51,740 nucleotides of DNA from Octopus bimaculoides (taxonomy: Eukaryota): assembly GCF_001194135.2 (NCBI RefSeq), contig NC_068985.1, positions 101,902,100 through 101,953,839 of the forward strand. The letters are read 5' to 3'. How positions within the stretch are numbered: position 1 is the first letter of the stretch; each line of letters opens with the position of its first letter. Of the stretch, positions 1 to 14,370 are shown in pieces. The notes below the pieces were generated by a model, which saw only the letters and a list, made by a program, of their open reading frames with translations, was not told the origin of the DNA and made no database searches. Made by a program: the position numbers and the translations under genes.

Positions 1-22
1 ATATATATATATATATATATAC

Positions 23-63
<41 letters not shown>

Positions 64-110
64 TATGTATGTATGTATGTATACACGTACAATTACACAC
101 ATACAGAGAG

Positions 111-142
<32 letters not shown>
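1..142. repeat. Compound microsatellite (AT)n/(AG)n/(ATGT)n
   Basis: Simple repeats read directly from the sequence. Confidence 0.95.
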
Positions 143-148
<6 letters not shown>

Positions 149-810
149 TGGAGGTGTAGGAATAAAGTTAACTTCAAGTAATTCGTAGTAATTTCAGGTG
201 TTGTAATGGTGTATTGAGACGTAAGGTTGTAATTTTTTTTCCTTATCGAAGCACGATAAATTGAAAGAAGTTATTTTTATGTCTCGGTGGGCAACCAGGG
301 TTGTCAGATATGCGAATAACAATACCAAAGTTCGGGAATGGAGCAGATAAGATCAGGACCAAATATGTTTCATAGCGAGCGGAACCTCAGAAGTGGTGAA
401 TATCCATGCGAGGTGTATACCCCAGGCTACTTTCCACGCCAAGGGTTTCTTGATTAAATGATGTATATATCTGTGTACATGTATATATATATATGTAAAT
501 AAATTAAATGAGAGTTTTGACGCTAATGTCCATTATCATTGAAGTTTATTACCTATGTCAACATTTTTGTATAAGGTAATATATAACTGTCAATTCGAGT
601 TAAATAAGTAAATTACCTTACACATCCTCAGGGTAAAAAGTAAAAAGTAAACAGCCAAAATATAATCTCTAAGTCTTATTCATATTCAATTTCCTCCTTA
701 AATAAATTCTAAACCGATGAAAATCTATATTATATTATCTCTAGAAACTTTATCAAATACACAAATACAATGTTAATATTATTGTTATTGGTAAATATAT
801 AATTTATTGG

Positions 811-1453
811 NNNNNNNNNNNNNNNNNNNNNNNNNNNNNNNNNNNNNNNNNNNNNNNNNNNNNNNNNNNNNNNNNNNNNNNNNNNNNNNNNNNNNNNNNN
901 NNNNNNNNNNNNNNNNNNNNNNNNNNNNNNNNNNNNNNNNNNNNNNNNNNNNNNNNNNNNNNNNNNNNNNNNNNNNNNNNNNNNNNNNNNNNNNNNNNNN
1001 NNNNNNNNNNNNNNNNNNNNNNNNNNNNNNNNNNNNNNNNNNNNNNNNNNNNNNNNNNNNNNNNNNNNNNNNNNNNNNNNNNNNNNNNNNNNNNNNNNNN
1101 NNNNNNNNNNNNNNNNNNNNNNNNNNNNNNNNNNNNNNNNNNNNNNNNNNNNNNNNNNNNNNNNNNNNNNNNNNNNNNNNNNNNNNNNNNNNNNNNNNNN
1201 NNNNNNNNNNNNNNNNNNNNNNNNNNNNNNNNNNNNNNNNNNNNNNNNNNNNNNNNNNNNNNNNNNNNNNNNNNNNNNNNNNNNNNNNNNNNNNNNNNNN
1301 NNNNNNNNNNNNNNNNNNNNNNNNNNNNNNNNNNNNNNNNNNNNNNNNNNNNNNNNNNNNNNNNNNNNNNNNNNNNNNNNNNNNNNNNNNNNNNNNNNNN
1401 NNNNNNNNNNNNNNNNNNNNNNNNNNNNNNNNNNNNNNNNNNNNNNNNNNNNN
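811..1453. other. Assembly gap (N-run). Other gaps: 2587-3404, 7283-7824, 9432-9548, 27203-27484, 43723-44041, 47769-47881, 48774-48783
   Basis: Runs of n. Most are bordered by (AT)n, (CT)n or (CA)n tracts. Confidence 0.99.
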
Positions 1454-1725
1454 AAAAGAAGCCCGTCGTATATATGTATATATTTATATATATGTATGCA
1501 TGTGTGTGTATACGTTTGTGTGTCTGTGTTTGCCCCCCCCCAACATCGCTTAAGAACCGATGCTGGTGTTTTTACTTCCCCGTAACTTAGCGGTTCGACA
1601 AAAGGGACCGATAGAATAAGTACTGGGCTTATTCTATCTAGTTCTGGGGTCGATTTGCTCGACTAAAGGCGGTGCTCCAGCATTGCCGCAGTCAAATGAC
1701 TGAAACAAGTAAAAGAATAAAAGAG
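1454..1725 (+). mobile_element. SINE family A, 3' two-thirds (head lost in the gap)
   Basis: aaagaagcccgtcgtata, then an internal microsatellite, then cgatagaataagtact...ctggggtcgatttgctcgactaaaggcggtgctccagca...gtcaaatgactgaaacaagtaaaaga. The same body recurs at 6890, 17215, 37568 and 48705. Confidence 0.9.
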
Positions 1726-3779
1726 AGAGAGTATACTTAGAGAGAGAGAGAGAGAGAGAGCGGGAGAATGAGTGTTGTCTACAACTACACACAACCATTA
1801 CTCACTCGCACACGCATTGTCTATATTTATGTTTCATATAATATATGCGCACACCAAAGAATGCTGAAGTATATTGCAAATTATCTCGTAGGAGGCAAAA
1901 ACTGTGATGAATTACTGATATTAAAGACAAGACAAGGCGAACTTATGCGTGGAATAGTCTACACCCGGAGGAATCGACCGTTGTTTCTAGCAAAGTATAT
2001 TGGTTGTGTATACGGAAAAAACCTTAGCCGCGAGGAAAGGTGTAATCGTGTACGTACATCATTACGGGTTATTCATTAAAAGTTATTGTAATTATATTAA
2101 CACTGTCTTGTTTATTTCTTCCAGAGATATTCAGCACCTTGGTTTGCTGTATTTTTCATATTACAAACATTTCTCTAAATTTATTTTCAGAAGATGCAAG
2201 CAAATTTCTCGATATGATCTACGTTGACTTGAAAGTTACGAAATTAATTAACTCCACTTCTCTTTTATATAATGAATGATATCATTTAAACATTTTTGCT
2301 TTGTTGAAATTGCTCATTGTATCAAACAGGTTATTTTACTAAGTGGTTTTCTTGAATCACAAGTTGGTTTTCAGACAAGACATTTTTGATACACATTTAT
2401 GTTTACGTTCACATAGAATATGATTTTAGATTTTTGTCTCAACATATATTGTATTCCATTATTGCTTTAAACATTAATGCATTGCAACCCATCCATCATT
2501 TTACGAAAATATATTAAGTGGTGAAGGAATTTTCTATATACACGGTATTAAATGAATTATTGTTCATATATATATATGTATATATANNNNNNNNNNNNNN
2601 NNNNNNNNNNNNNNNNNNNNNNNNNNNNNNNNNNNNNNNNNNNNNNNNNNNNNNNNNNNNNNNNNNNNNNNNNNNNNNNNNNNNNNNNNNNNNNNNNNNN
2701 NNNNNNNNNNNNNNNNNNNNNNNNNNNNNNNNNNNNNNNNNNNNNNNNNNNNNNNNNNNNNNNNNNNNNNNNNNNNNNNNNNNNNNNNNNNNNNNNNNNN
2801 NNNNNNNNNNNNNNNNNNNNNNNNNNNNNNNNNNNNNNNNNNNNNNNNNNNNNNNNNNNNNNNNNNNNNNNNNNNNNNNNNNNNNNNNNNNNNNNNNNNN
2901 NNNNNNNNNNNNNNNNNNNNNNNNNNNNNNNNNNNNNNNNNNNNNNNNNNNNNNNNNNNNNNNNNNNNNNNNNNNNNNNNNNNNNNNNNNNNNNNNNNNN
3001 NNNNNNNNNNNNNNNNNNNNNNNNNNNNNNNNNNNNNNNNNNNNNNNNNNNNNNNNNNNNNNNNNNNNNNNNNNNNNNNNNNNNNNNNNNNNNNNNNNNN
3101 NNNNNNNNNNNNNNNNNNNNNNNNNNNNNNNNNNNNNNNNNNNNNNNNNNNNNNNNNNNNNNNNNNNNNNNNNNNNNNNNNNNNNNNNNNNNNNNNNNNN
3201 NNNNNNNNNNNNNNNNNNNNNNNNNNNNNNNNNNNNNNNNNNNNNNNNNNNNNNNNNNNNNNNNNNNNNNNNNNNNNNNNNNNNNNNNNNNNNNNNNNNN
3301 NNNNNNNNNNNNNNNNNNNNNNNNNNNNNNNNNNNNNNNNNNNNNNNNNNNNNNNNNNNNNNNNNNNNNNNNNNNNNNNNNNNNNNNNNNNNNNNNNNNN
3401 NNNNGAGAGAGAGAGATGCACACATATAGCAATCGAAATTGAATGAAAAGAAACTCCTGTTAGTATAACGAAAATAATTTTCTCAGGTAAAATATTTTTG
3501 TAAAAAATTACACCAAAATCTCCATCAATGTTTAAAATTTATGCTTAGTTTACAACAAAGTATAAGGCATGTTTTAAGCTTTACAAAATGAAGTTCTGAA
3601 ATCTTCTCACCTATATATATGGTACTAATCTTATGAACAACTGTAGTTTAATCGCAAGTCGCAGAGTACAGTTCCTTGCGAGAAAAAAATCTGGTGTTTA
3701 TTTTTTTTTATTATTTTTTCTATAATTTGGGCTTTTGTTTTACAGTCTTACAATAATACAATTGTTGCAAACCTTTTAA

Positions 3780-4265
3780 CATTTATCCCACTCGTTGAAC
3801 TTTTGTACCTCAATGTAAACAGCTTTTTTGTCGTTGCTAATACCGTTGACATCATTGTTGACTACGATTTTCATGTTTGTATTTATTGCTGATGGAGTTG
3901 CTTTCCCTCTTGGCAGTAATACATCCGCAGTTTAGAGCTGTTTTGTGATGTAATCAGAATGGAAAAAAATCTATGGTTTAAATTAAAAGCCTTCCTAGCA
4001 CGGTCATGTCATTTTAAATTTTATGTGGGAATGTCCGTAAGTATTCATCCATATTGTATTAATCTTCATCCAACTTTGAAGGTTATCCACTGTAACTGTT
4101 ACGGTCCAAGCTAAACTTCCCAGCTTTAAATTTTGCAAACCACCTTGAAACAGTTGATTCACAATCAGATCATCACAATACACTTCATGAATGTTTTTGC
4201 AAGTATTTGCAGCATTTTACCATTTAAGAAAAAAAAATTAAAGCATAAAATGTTCGGTTATCCAT
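3780..4265 (-). mobile_element. Degenerate, internally deleted mariner (Tc1/mariner) transposase
   Basis: From the minus-strand ATG at 4265: MDNRTFYALIFFFLNGK / NAANTCKNIHEVY / STVSRWFAKFKAGKFSLD...SG*PSKLDED, resembling the mariner N-terminal HTH region. Near 3790, QKFNEWDKC*KV resembles the mariner C-terminus. Contains frameshifts and stops. Confidence 0.65.
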
Positions 4266-4759
4266 TTTAAATGTCAATAAAGAGTAACCGCAATGTAAGG
4301 TAAATCAATTTTTAGTCAGGAACAAAGAAAAGATACACGACCACTTCAAGCAGCTCCAAAGTTTTATCTGTTTTACATTTCAGGTATATTCAAAGAAGCG
4401 TTCAACGATTTAGCGTAAAAATGCTCAGACCACACCGGACAACTTAATAGCTGGTAGAGTTGATTTGAGAGTAACAGGGATATTAATCCATGCAGGTCTA
4501 GTTGCCTCCCAAGATGGCTTGTCATCGACTAGTAACAATTGTTGTTTACCTCGAATTTCAGCTTCGATATCACAATCTATAAATATGTATCCATTCGCCT
4601 CTATCAATATCTACATGACACTAACGAAGGTGCATGGCTTAGTGGTTTTCGCTTTTCACACATCGTCGTAAATTCGTGAGTTCCATACCAAGCACCGTTA
4701 TTTCTATAATGTTCGGTAACAATCAGTTGACATCGATGTAGCGATGTTTTGCCTCAGAT

Positions 4760-5110
4760 GGGATTTGCTTAGCGTATGAATTTTTTCGTTTATTATTCTA
4801 ACACTATGGGTGAATCTGAGGATCTTTTAAAAACATCACGAGCGAAATCTATCCACTATCTTGACTATCGTTAATCCGGTATCCATGTGTGACTAATATA
4901 CACTACTGCAGGCAAAAGTTGCTTCTCTATAAGTCCATCCTTCCTAACAGCAGTAGTAATGTTTTAGGAATATCCAAATTCCAAATTTAGTACATGTGCA
5001 GGTATATGGTTTCTGCCTTGCGAATTCTACACATTTGAATACATTTTATGCTCTCCACATTGCTGATGACATTACGCAAGTTGGGCAAACAGCCAATATT
5101 CTACATAAAC
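4760..5110 (-). mobile_element. Highly decayed RTE-like LINE ORF2 (post-RT) fragment
   Basis: Minus-strand pieces in the expected order: LRNVISN..IQMCRIRKA..*IW (cf. YLGSxI...EIxxRIxKA..KIW), VYISHTW (cf. LLYGSETW), KIVDRFRS*CF*KIL (cf. RCLRKIL). Motif resemblance only. Confidence 0.45.
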
Positions 5111-5681
5111 TGCAAATGCGTAGAATACATTGTTAATAATCGTATTAACGGATGGCTTTTGTAGTAACAGAACTTTTGGTAACAGAGAATATTGATTTCG
5201 TTTTTGTCCTAAAATATGCATAGGAAGATCTATTTAATATATTTTCCTATTAATCCTGCTGGTTGTATACTTACAAAAGTGGGGATGAATGATATTTAGT
5301 TAACCTAACTTGATCCAACTCCGAAAACATGCTTAAATACACAATCTTTCTCATTTCCAATCGACAGGTTCCATTCATTCATACATTTTGAATTCCGTGC
5401 CAACGCTGAATTTAATAAAATGTAACAAATTCTATGTTACCTCTCGACTAGCTAGGATTTACAGTAAAATCTCTTTCAGATGAATCATTAAGCTCGTATT
5501 CAAAATGAAACTAATAATCATAGCGGTAAATATAATCAGGATGATGTTAATAAGAGTATAATAATGTAATACTAATAATATAATACTAATACTATAATAA
5601 TATTAATACTAATCATAAGAATGTTAATATACTAACAGCAGTAACAACAACAACAACAATAATAATAATGATAATTTTACC

Positions 5682-5800
5682 CTAGTGTCACTTTGATGGC
5701 ATACACAAGGTTTACCAACAGCCCCTGCCGGAGCCTGGTGGAGTTTTAGGTGTTTTCGCTCAATAAACACTCATAACGACCGATCTGGGAATCGACCCCC
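5682..5800 (-). mobile_element. Truncated fragment related to SINE family C
   Basis: taggtgttttcgctcaataaacactca...tctgggaatcga matches 14265-14312 and the reverse complement of 37248-37290. Confidence 0.75.
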
Positions 5801-6491
5801 ACACACACACACACGCACACACACACACATACACATACACACATACACACACACACACACACTCAAACACAGGAGTGTGTGTGCGCAGATGTGTGTAAAA
5901 GACATGTTTGGTTAAGTTTATGATGGCAAGGTTCAGTGTGTCAAGTTTGACACCAGATTCTGAAAACAGATATCGATAAAAAATATAATGAAGAGAAAGT
6001 TCTAGTCTGATCTCATTTAATATAATCCCAGAAGAAGCTGCCCTGGTAGAACTGCAAAGTATCGATACTAACCACTGAAATAATAAGGCAATATAAAGAA
6101 GAGTATGCTTACTTATTAACCAACGTACCCGTATATTTTCATACATACTTGTAAGTGCTCTTATATAACATAACTTAGCGAATTTTTTTAGATAGCTGTG
6201 TCAGTACATAATTTCTGTTAGTCTTTTTTTTTATATATCTTTATAGCTCACACTCATGTTCTTGCTTTCAACCCATCCTCACGCGCCTCTCGTACTTTCT
6301 GTCACTTTCCGTCTCTCCATTGATTTAAAATATCTGTTGGTTTTTTACTACAATTATCGTAAAGTCGCTTCTTTTTAATCCTGTCTTTTCATCTATATCT
6401 CGTTCTTTTCATTTACTTCTTTTTTCTCTATAAATGTCCATTACTTCTGCCCTGTTTATTTGTTATTATTGCTTATAAGCATGTGTGTGTA

Positions 6492-6547
<56 letters not shown>

Positions 6548-6889
6548 ATTACACATACTATAACTATGAAAATATATATATATTATATATCCCTCTATTT
6601 ATTCCTCAAAACTCCTATGCTTCTCTCTTCATTTTTAACATCAGCGTCTAATACTCTCTTTATCGTTGACGTCTCCGATATTTTCATTTTTTTTTTTCCT
6701 TTCTTCATTCTTCTTTATTTCCTTTTCTTGTTTCTGTTTCTCTTATTTCCCCACGCATAAACAAGCACATAAACAACAGCCGTTTTCGCATTCAATTTAT
6801 ATCTTATTCTCGAACTTTCTAACATGACATATATACATATGTGCGTGTGTGTGTGAGTGCGTAAGTGCGTATGCGTTTATTCATGTATA

Positions 6890-7095
6890 AAAGCTTTTAT
6901 TTGTGCCAGTCATTTGACTGCAGCCATGCTGGTGCACCGCCTTTAGTCGAGCAAATCGACCCCAGGACTTATTCCTTGTAAGCCTAGTACTTATTCTATC
7001 GGTTTCTTATGCCGAACCGCTAAGTTACGGGCATGTAAACACACACACACTCGGTTGTCAAGCGATGTTGGGGGAACAAACACAGACACACTAAC
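6890..7095 (-). mobile_element. SINE family A, 3' part
   Basis: cagtcatttgactgcagccatgctggtgcaccgcctttagtcgagcaaatcgacccc...gccgaaccgctaagttacg is the reverse complement of the 1454 and 37568 copies. Confidence 0.9.
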
Positions 7096-7824
7096 ATATA
7101 TATATATATATATACATATATACAAGCATATCTCCGTGTACATATACCTAGACTTAAATTTATATGCATACATTCATACATATATATGTATAGCGTACGT
7201 GTATACCTTGATTAATTCTTGCATGTACGTTATAGTGTATATGTAATCGTATATTGAAAAGTCATATATATATATATATATANNNNNNNNNNNNNNNNNN
7301 NNNNNNNNNNNNNNNNNNNNNNNNNNNNNNNNNNNNNNNNNNNNNNNNNNNNNNNNNNNNNNNNNNNNNNNNNNNNNNNNNNNNNNNNNNNNNNNNNNNN
7401 NNNNNNNNNNNNNNNNNNNNNNNNNNNNNNNNNNNNNNNNNNNNNNNNNNNNNNNNNNNNNNNNNNNNNNNNNNNNNNNNNNNNNNNNNNNNNNNNNNNN
7501 NNNNNNNNNNNNNNNNNNNNNNNNNNNNNNNNNNNNNNNNNNNNNNNNNNNNNNNNNNNNNNNNNNNNNNNNNNNNNNNNNNNNNNNNNNNNNNNNNNNN
7601 NNNNNNNNNNNNNNNNNNNNNNNNNNNNNNNNNNNNNNNNNNNNNNNNNNNNNNNNNNNNNNNNNNNNNNNNNNNNNNNNNNNNNNNNNNNNNNNNNNNN
7701 NNNNNNNNNNNNNNNNNNNNNNNNNNNNNNNNNNNNNNNNNNNNNNNNNNNNNNNNNNNNNNNNNNNNNNNNNNNNNNNNNNNNNNNNNNNNNNNNNNNN
7801 NNNNNNNNNNNNNNNNNNNNNNNN

Positions 7825-7880
<56 letters not shown>

Positions 7881-8078
7881 ACATATACATATACACATAT
7901 GTATGCATATACAAGCACATATGCACACTCAGACATATTTATGTATCTTTATCTACTTATTTTTTATATATATATTTCGAAAATTAACGCTACTAACCAA
8001 TTTTGTGATAGTGACACTTTAATGTTGATAATATTGAAAATTATTTTTTATCATTATCATCGTCATCGCTATTCCTTC

Positions 8079-8080
<2 letters not shown>

Positions 8081-8162
<82 letters not shown>

Positions 8163-8177
8163 CATCATTATTATTAA

Positions 8178-8229
<52 letters not shown>

Positions 8230-8230
8230 G
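8081..8230. repeat. (ATT)n microsatellite
   Basis: Read directly; source of the poly-Y and poly-I ORFs. Confidence 0.97.
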
Positions 8231-8469
8231 CCAACTTCATCATCATCATTAATATCAGCATTATTATTCTTCTTTTAGTTACGTCTACGGAAGCTTTATA
8301 TTTTAACGTTGTTATCCTTGTTGTTGCTGTTGTTGTCGTCAACTACTCTACTTTGTGACTTGCACTTTATTATTTCCAGCATCATTATAATCAAGTCTAT
8401 TAACAGCGCCACCATGGCCAATATCTATATTATTTATTAATAATATCGAACTTTTTCATTTTAGTTTTA

Positions 8470-8650
8470 TATTGTGAGAATTTTTTTTGGAAATATGTTT
8501 ATGGAAAGCAACTTTAATCTCTAAAAGAACTGGAAAAATATCATGAATTAGTAGAAAAATAAAAATAAAAATACTTGAAAGGTTTCACAATAAAATGGAA
8601 GAGTGACTGAATGTAAAATCAAGACGTATTTTGAGCTTTTGTATAAAAAG
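8470..8650 (+). mobile_element. Possible Tc1/mariner-superfamily transposase C-terminal remnant
   Basis: CENFFWKYVYGK / SLKELEK / RVTECKIKTYFELLY loosely follows the CDFFLWGY..VY / SLxEL / RxxEC..GxxFExLL pattern. Weak. Confidence 0.25.
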
Positions 8651-9364
8651 AGTTCAATTCCATGGTAAATGTATAGACGAAGGCTGTTTTAGATTCAAAT
8701 ACCGTATTTAGATGTGGTTCAGAACTGCGCTTATATCACTGTTCATGTTTGTTTCATACACGTTTTCTTCTGCGCTGTGAATAACTTGGTGCATTTTAAC
8801 CATTACGGGGAGGATTTCTTTTCTGTCAAAAACTAACTACAAATGCAATTCATACAGGTACACACAGAAAGATAAAGGAAGGCAGCAGATCATGTACATG
8901 CACGCACACATGGTCTCATACACACACACACACGTACGTATATGTGCGTGTGCGTGTGGTTTCATGTGTGGGTGGTCGGTTGTCTTTCATGTATTGGGAT
9001 TAACAATCATCGTACAACAAAATAAAATAAAGACATCTAGAATAATATCGTCCACTACATTCTTATACGCAGTTATAGTAACTCAATGAAAATCAAATGT
9101 ATTCATTCAGGCTGTTTTCAAAAGCGTTTCGATAAAACGATTGGTTCACCAAGTGATTTGACTTCAAACATCGATCGTCTAATAGGTTTTTCCTCTCGAA
9201 TATGCATTATATAACATGTTAAAACGGAATATGCCAAAATAAGAGACAGATTATAGGAAAAGAATTCCATTTTTGTACTCCATCATATACCAATATTACA
9301 CATTCGTTTCAATCTCATTGTTATAAACTTAAACTATAGCCACATTACCAAAACGACATTCTTC

Positions 9365-9431
<67 letters not shown>

Positions 9432-9548
9432 NNNNNNNNNNNNNNNNNNNNNNNNNNNNNNNNNNNNNNNNNNNNNNNNNNNNNNNNNNNNNNNNNNNNN
9501 NNNNNNNNNNNNNNNNNNNNNNNNNNNNNNNNNNNNNNNNNNNNNNNN

Positions 9549-9604
<56 letters not shown>

Positions 9605-10617
9605 ATCATTCATTCTATATTGCTTAAATTTTATTTTATTTTCGAATGACCAGGAAAATCACTAATATTCGTCACACTTCAAAAGCATTGTCAAAATTGA
9701 ACTCTTCTAGATATGCAGGGATTGGACAAAATAATGGAAACACCTAGCATCATAGCATCATAATTTTGAAATATCTATACAACCGTCAAAATCTTGTTTA
9801 TTTTTATGCATTTTAATTTATTATTTGTGTTGCATGTCTAATATATAACCAAACAAATTAATAAATTAAGATATAAGTTCTGTCTCAGACTTAATGTTTA
9901 GTTTCACAGTTCAGTGTAATTTGATTAGATCACAAAAATTACAATACAGTTCATTGCTCTAGAGTAAAACAGTTTAGTAAAAATGATTTGAAGACTAGCG
10001 TTACTGGCGAAGATTTGCATCAGCATATCCTCTTTCATATAGTAGTATGTTAGGTGAAACCCGCCTCTCCTTTTAATAACTACGTCTAGGCCAACCAGAA
10101 ACATATTGCTGTTCGGGCTTGATTATCAGTATAATTATGTTGAAGTCAATAAATAAAAATGAAATTGAAAAAGAACTCTTTTGACAGAATTCTGTTATCA
10201 ATATAATCTCATAACTTACGTTAGATTTACAAACACCCACTTGCTTATATCTTGTGAGCAAATCATTAGACACAGTCGATAATCTTATGACAAAAATGTG
10301 TTGTTGCAAAGGATGTAATGCAGGTTTGCTGTGAGAACATAAACTATGAATATATATATTATGAATATATATATTAATCATTAACTTTATATGCCTTTGT
10401 ATTATAAAGTGTATGACTTTTCTTCGCTACGAAATGGAGCGTGCACTATAAATATTGCTCCATATAAATTGCTGCAATAGAAAATACAATGAATTGCTTG
10501 AACTCTCTGAAATCAATGGACTTGAGGCAACTTGCTTCCTGTAGAGATAAGCCTTAAATGTTTTGTTTGAACCAGGATTCATTCCATGCCCATGGCTAGA
10601 CGCGAAGAGAATACAAA

Positions 10618-10715
10618 ATGCTGGCAGAAAATTCTAGAAACATATCTGGCCCAGATTTGCATCATGTAACTCAAAATTCCTCGGGTCCTGTGCGGGGATT
10701 TTGTCGCCTACATCG
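10618..10715 (+). other. Candidate first coding exon (MLAENSRNISGPDLHHVTQNSSGPVRGFCRLH)
   Basis: ATG in caaaATG context, 32 open codons, then a consensus donor catcg|GTGAGT in locally GC-richer DNA. No recognised homology. Confidence 0.2.
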
Positions 10716-11743
10716 GTGAGTGACTCCGGACATTTCTGGCATTCGGGGTGAACCGATAGAATAACGTAATGAGCTGTTTTGCCTTTTGAGCTAAGACAAC
10801 AACAAGGTGTAGCAGGAAATTTAGCGCACAAATAATTGCCTTGAATGTTTTAGATATTTGAAAAAGTGTGTTATAAGTCATTTTTATTTAAGCTGCAAGG
10901 CTTGGAAACCAACATGCGTTGAGTATGCAATATTCAAATAATTAATATGCAAGAATATGTAAAATAGATTCTTACATAAGGCAGTTATAGTTGCTTAGTC
11001 AGAAACTTGATATAATATCTTGTATGAAAGGTAAAATACGTCTGAGATGATAAAATCATGATATTTACTTACTGCAGACATATCGCGTGATATTCACTTT
11101 CGTTAATGTTTGTGCTGTAGCTGACTGCTACGATTCAAAGGACTTCGACGTCCATATACGGAATGATCTCTGACATTACTCTACTGCATCATTTTTTTTA
11201 TCGGTGATATAATCAGCATATACACACATAGATGCATATATATGCATATGTATGTATGTATGCATATATATGTGGTTGGGGGTTAGTGCCTACGAGTGTG
11301 AGACAGTGTGTAAATAAATACATATTCGTTCGTATATACATACATATGTATGTGTGTGTCTATATGTGTGTGCGCATGCATGCGTGCATGTGCACATTTG
11401 TATGTGGGTGTCTTTGTAAAACGAAACAGTTCCTACAGAATGACATTTATAATCTTACCAGCGTGGGTTGGTACTGAAAAAAAAAATGTGAGTTTTTTCT
11501 GAAGTGCAGTACCGATAAAACCATAAACGGCAATTATTGATGTCTGTGAATTTCTTACCATAAAATATGCGACATTGCATTCAATAACTTTAATTTAAGT
11601 ATTTTGTCATACATGAACGATTTCCACCATGTCAGCAGGAGATGTCTGTTCAGATTTCACAGGCAGCACTCATTTCAACTCAATATTTATTCCATCCTAC
11701 AATTTATAACTTTAGGATCTTCAGGATCCATTTTTCAGAAGAG

Positions 11744-11784
<41 letters not shown>

Positions 11785-13986
11785 TGGATATACTTCACTC
11801 CATGTAATATTTAACTGTTCACACTGAGTTTCACATATTGCTTCTTGAGAAATTTGAGCGGTTGATAACGTGAACATTACAAAAGACATTGAGATAATCG
11901 AGAAAGTCTTTAATAAAAAGAATTGAAATTGCTTCATACGGCTTGCAGTATAATAACAATGTTCACATTCGCGTTACATTATACATTAAAGCGTTCTACA
12001 CACATCCCCTCTCATTTACCTACATACAACCTTTTATAAATACAGACATATCTATATGTGTATGTAATTCTTATTATTCCTGAATGCATGTGGTTTATTG
12101 AATATACATACAGCAATGTGTTTTGTGAGTAAATACAAGGAATTATTTAAGTCTGAATGTGCTAACGCAGAGAGATACTGACAAAATTATTATATTATAT
12201 AATTTAATTCGATTATTAATTGATGTTGGCGACTTCAATGATCATTGAATTTATTATAATAATCTTTCATCAAATTTCGTTTTTATAGGAAAGCAGTAAA
12301 AATAAGTAATATTTATTAGTCTCTTGAATATTTTAAATACAATGTTTCGAGATATGTAACTTGACATAATAAAATAATATCTTAGGGAGCCAGCATTATT
12401 AAACGTGTAGTGTCAAGAGGAGCCGAACTGGCTATATAAAACTAATTTGGTTGTTTTAATTTATTAGATATGTTTAATTTAATCGTAATTGAATGAAAAT
12501 TTTGCAGACGGATATATTATTTTTCAATACCTAATATATGATGTGTAAATATTATGAATAATATCTGAAATTATAAAGCATACAACAGGGGTTAAATATG
12601 TTTTCTCTTCGTGAAATACGCCATTACGTCTGTCAGCAGTAGATAATTTACAACTTACTATTTTAGTAATATATAGACAGTTTTGATTGCCCTTCGTTGT
12701 TTTATTAATAATAGTGCTTAGCATATGATGAGAGTCATAACTGCGTCTTTTTCAATAATTTACTCAATGACGTAAATTGTAAAGGCAGATATCATGAACT
12801 TTGAGATATTGCAATAATAAACATCAAATATACGTTGGCCATATATATATGCATATACAGCCGTAACGGTAGCATCCTACTCATCCTAAGAGATGAAAGG
12901 CTTCCATTCAGAAGGGTGAGAGTATATGTGCAATTAGAAGACGAACATCCCACTGGTGTGTTTAAATTCTAATAACAAATCATTCAAGGGATATAACTCC
13001 AATATCACTTACTCTAGTTTCCGTTTCGATAAACGTGAGGTAGAAGGGAGTTTATCTAGCTTTTAAATACAATTATTGATATTAAGAGATATATTTCAAT
13101 ATTACAGAAATATGTGACTAAGTTTATGATGGATCTATGCTTGACTAGGATGTACATACGTCGCATTTTTCGCAATATCGTAGATATTCAAAAGAGAGCG
13201 ACATTTCGTTTTTAGCATATGACAACACCTCTATTTATAGTAGGTCATTATCGACCTGAAAACACTTATGAATTTTGTATGCATCAACTGTGAAATTTAG
13301 TATTTGTCGATTGATCAGTACTAGTAGTAATTATTTCTAACTTTGACGTTAGGCCACACTTGACTAAGGATGATTTAGGTGATTGATTATTTACATTATC
13401 GAATATGGAATTATAAAACGCCGACTGGAACAATTATGGTTTGAAATCAGACACGAAAGGAAAAGAATCACATATAAACTATTTTCTCCAGCGATTGACC
13501 ATCTCTACCAACCATTCGCCAAGCTAACATGTTCATAGGTGCTTATTATATTGATTTCTATAATTTTCCAATTGATTTCTAACAATGGGTGCTAATAATG
13601 CAATAAAGATGGCTATTGTTAAATATTTTCGCTTGGAAAACAAAACGACTGATTAAGTAGGTTTGTGTCAAATATGCCTGATTCATGTCTTGGCTATGTT
13701 GATGTTACTGTAATTGATATAATGAATGATATAGATATTTCCTAAAATAAATGGTTTATGTAGTTATGCATTTTATACGAATTGATATTAGTCTTAGATC
13801 TATTTTTGCGAAAACACGGAAACCAACAGCGGAACATCCCATTAAGAGGCTGTGGTCAAACTCAACACTGTCGGCAGACCTGACAGAAACACCTGTCAAA
13901 ATACAGATCGCAGAAATAACAGGAGTGCTTACAAGTTATATATATATTTTTTTTTTATCAGAGACTGCTTAGGGTTAATTAATATT

Positions 13987-14370
13987 GTTGTTGGCACTCC
14001 GTCGCTTACAACGTCGAGGGTTCCAGTTGATCCGATCAACGGAAAAGCCTGCTCGTGAAATTAACGTGCAAGTGGCTGAGCACTCCACAGACACGTGTAC
14101 CCTTAACGTAGTTCTCGGGGATATTCAGCTTGACACAGTGTGACAAGGCTGACCATTTGAATTACAGGCACAACAGAAACAGGAAGTAAGAGTGAGAGAT
14201 GGTTGTGGTAGAAGAGTACAGCAAGGTTCGCCACCATCTCCTGCTGGAGCCCCGTGGTACTTTAGGTGTTTTCTCTCAATAAACACTCACAATGCCCTGT
14301 CTGGGAATCGAAACCGTGATCCTATGACCGCGAGTCCGCTGCCCTAACCACTGGGCCATTGCGCCTCCAC
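13987..14370 (-). mobile_element. Full-length tRNA-derived SINE family C with target-site duplication
   Basis: Minus-strand head GTGGAGGCGCAATGGCCCAGTGG (A box)...GGTTTCGATTCCC (B box) and an (AAC)n-like tail. Flanked by taattaatatt (13976-13986) and taattaacatt (14371-14381), an 11-bp TSD with 1 mismatch. Second copy at 37186. Confidence 0.92.

Noticed and set aside
280-460. GC-richer block near the window start
   Set aside because: No recognisable motif, frame or repeat partner in any orientation.
807-7936. Long ORFs of 200-300 aa in the ORF track
   Set aside because: They consist of X residues spanning N-gaps and (AT)n flanks. The same applies to ORFs at 9329-9613, 26992-27568 and 43630-44241.
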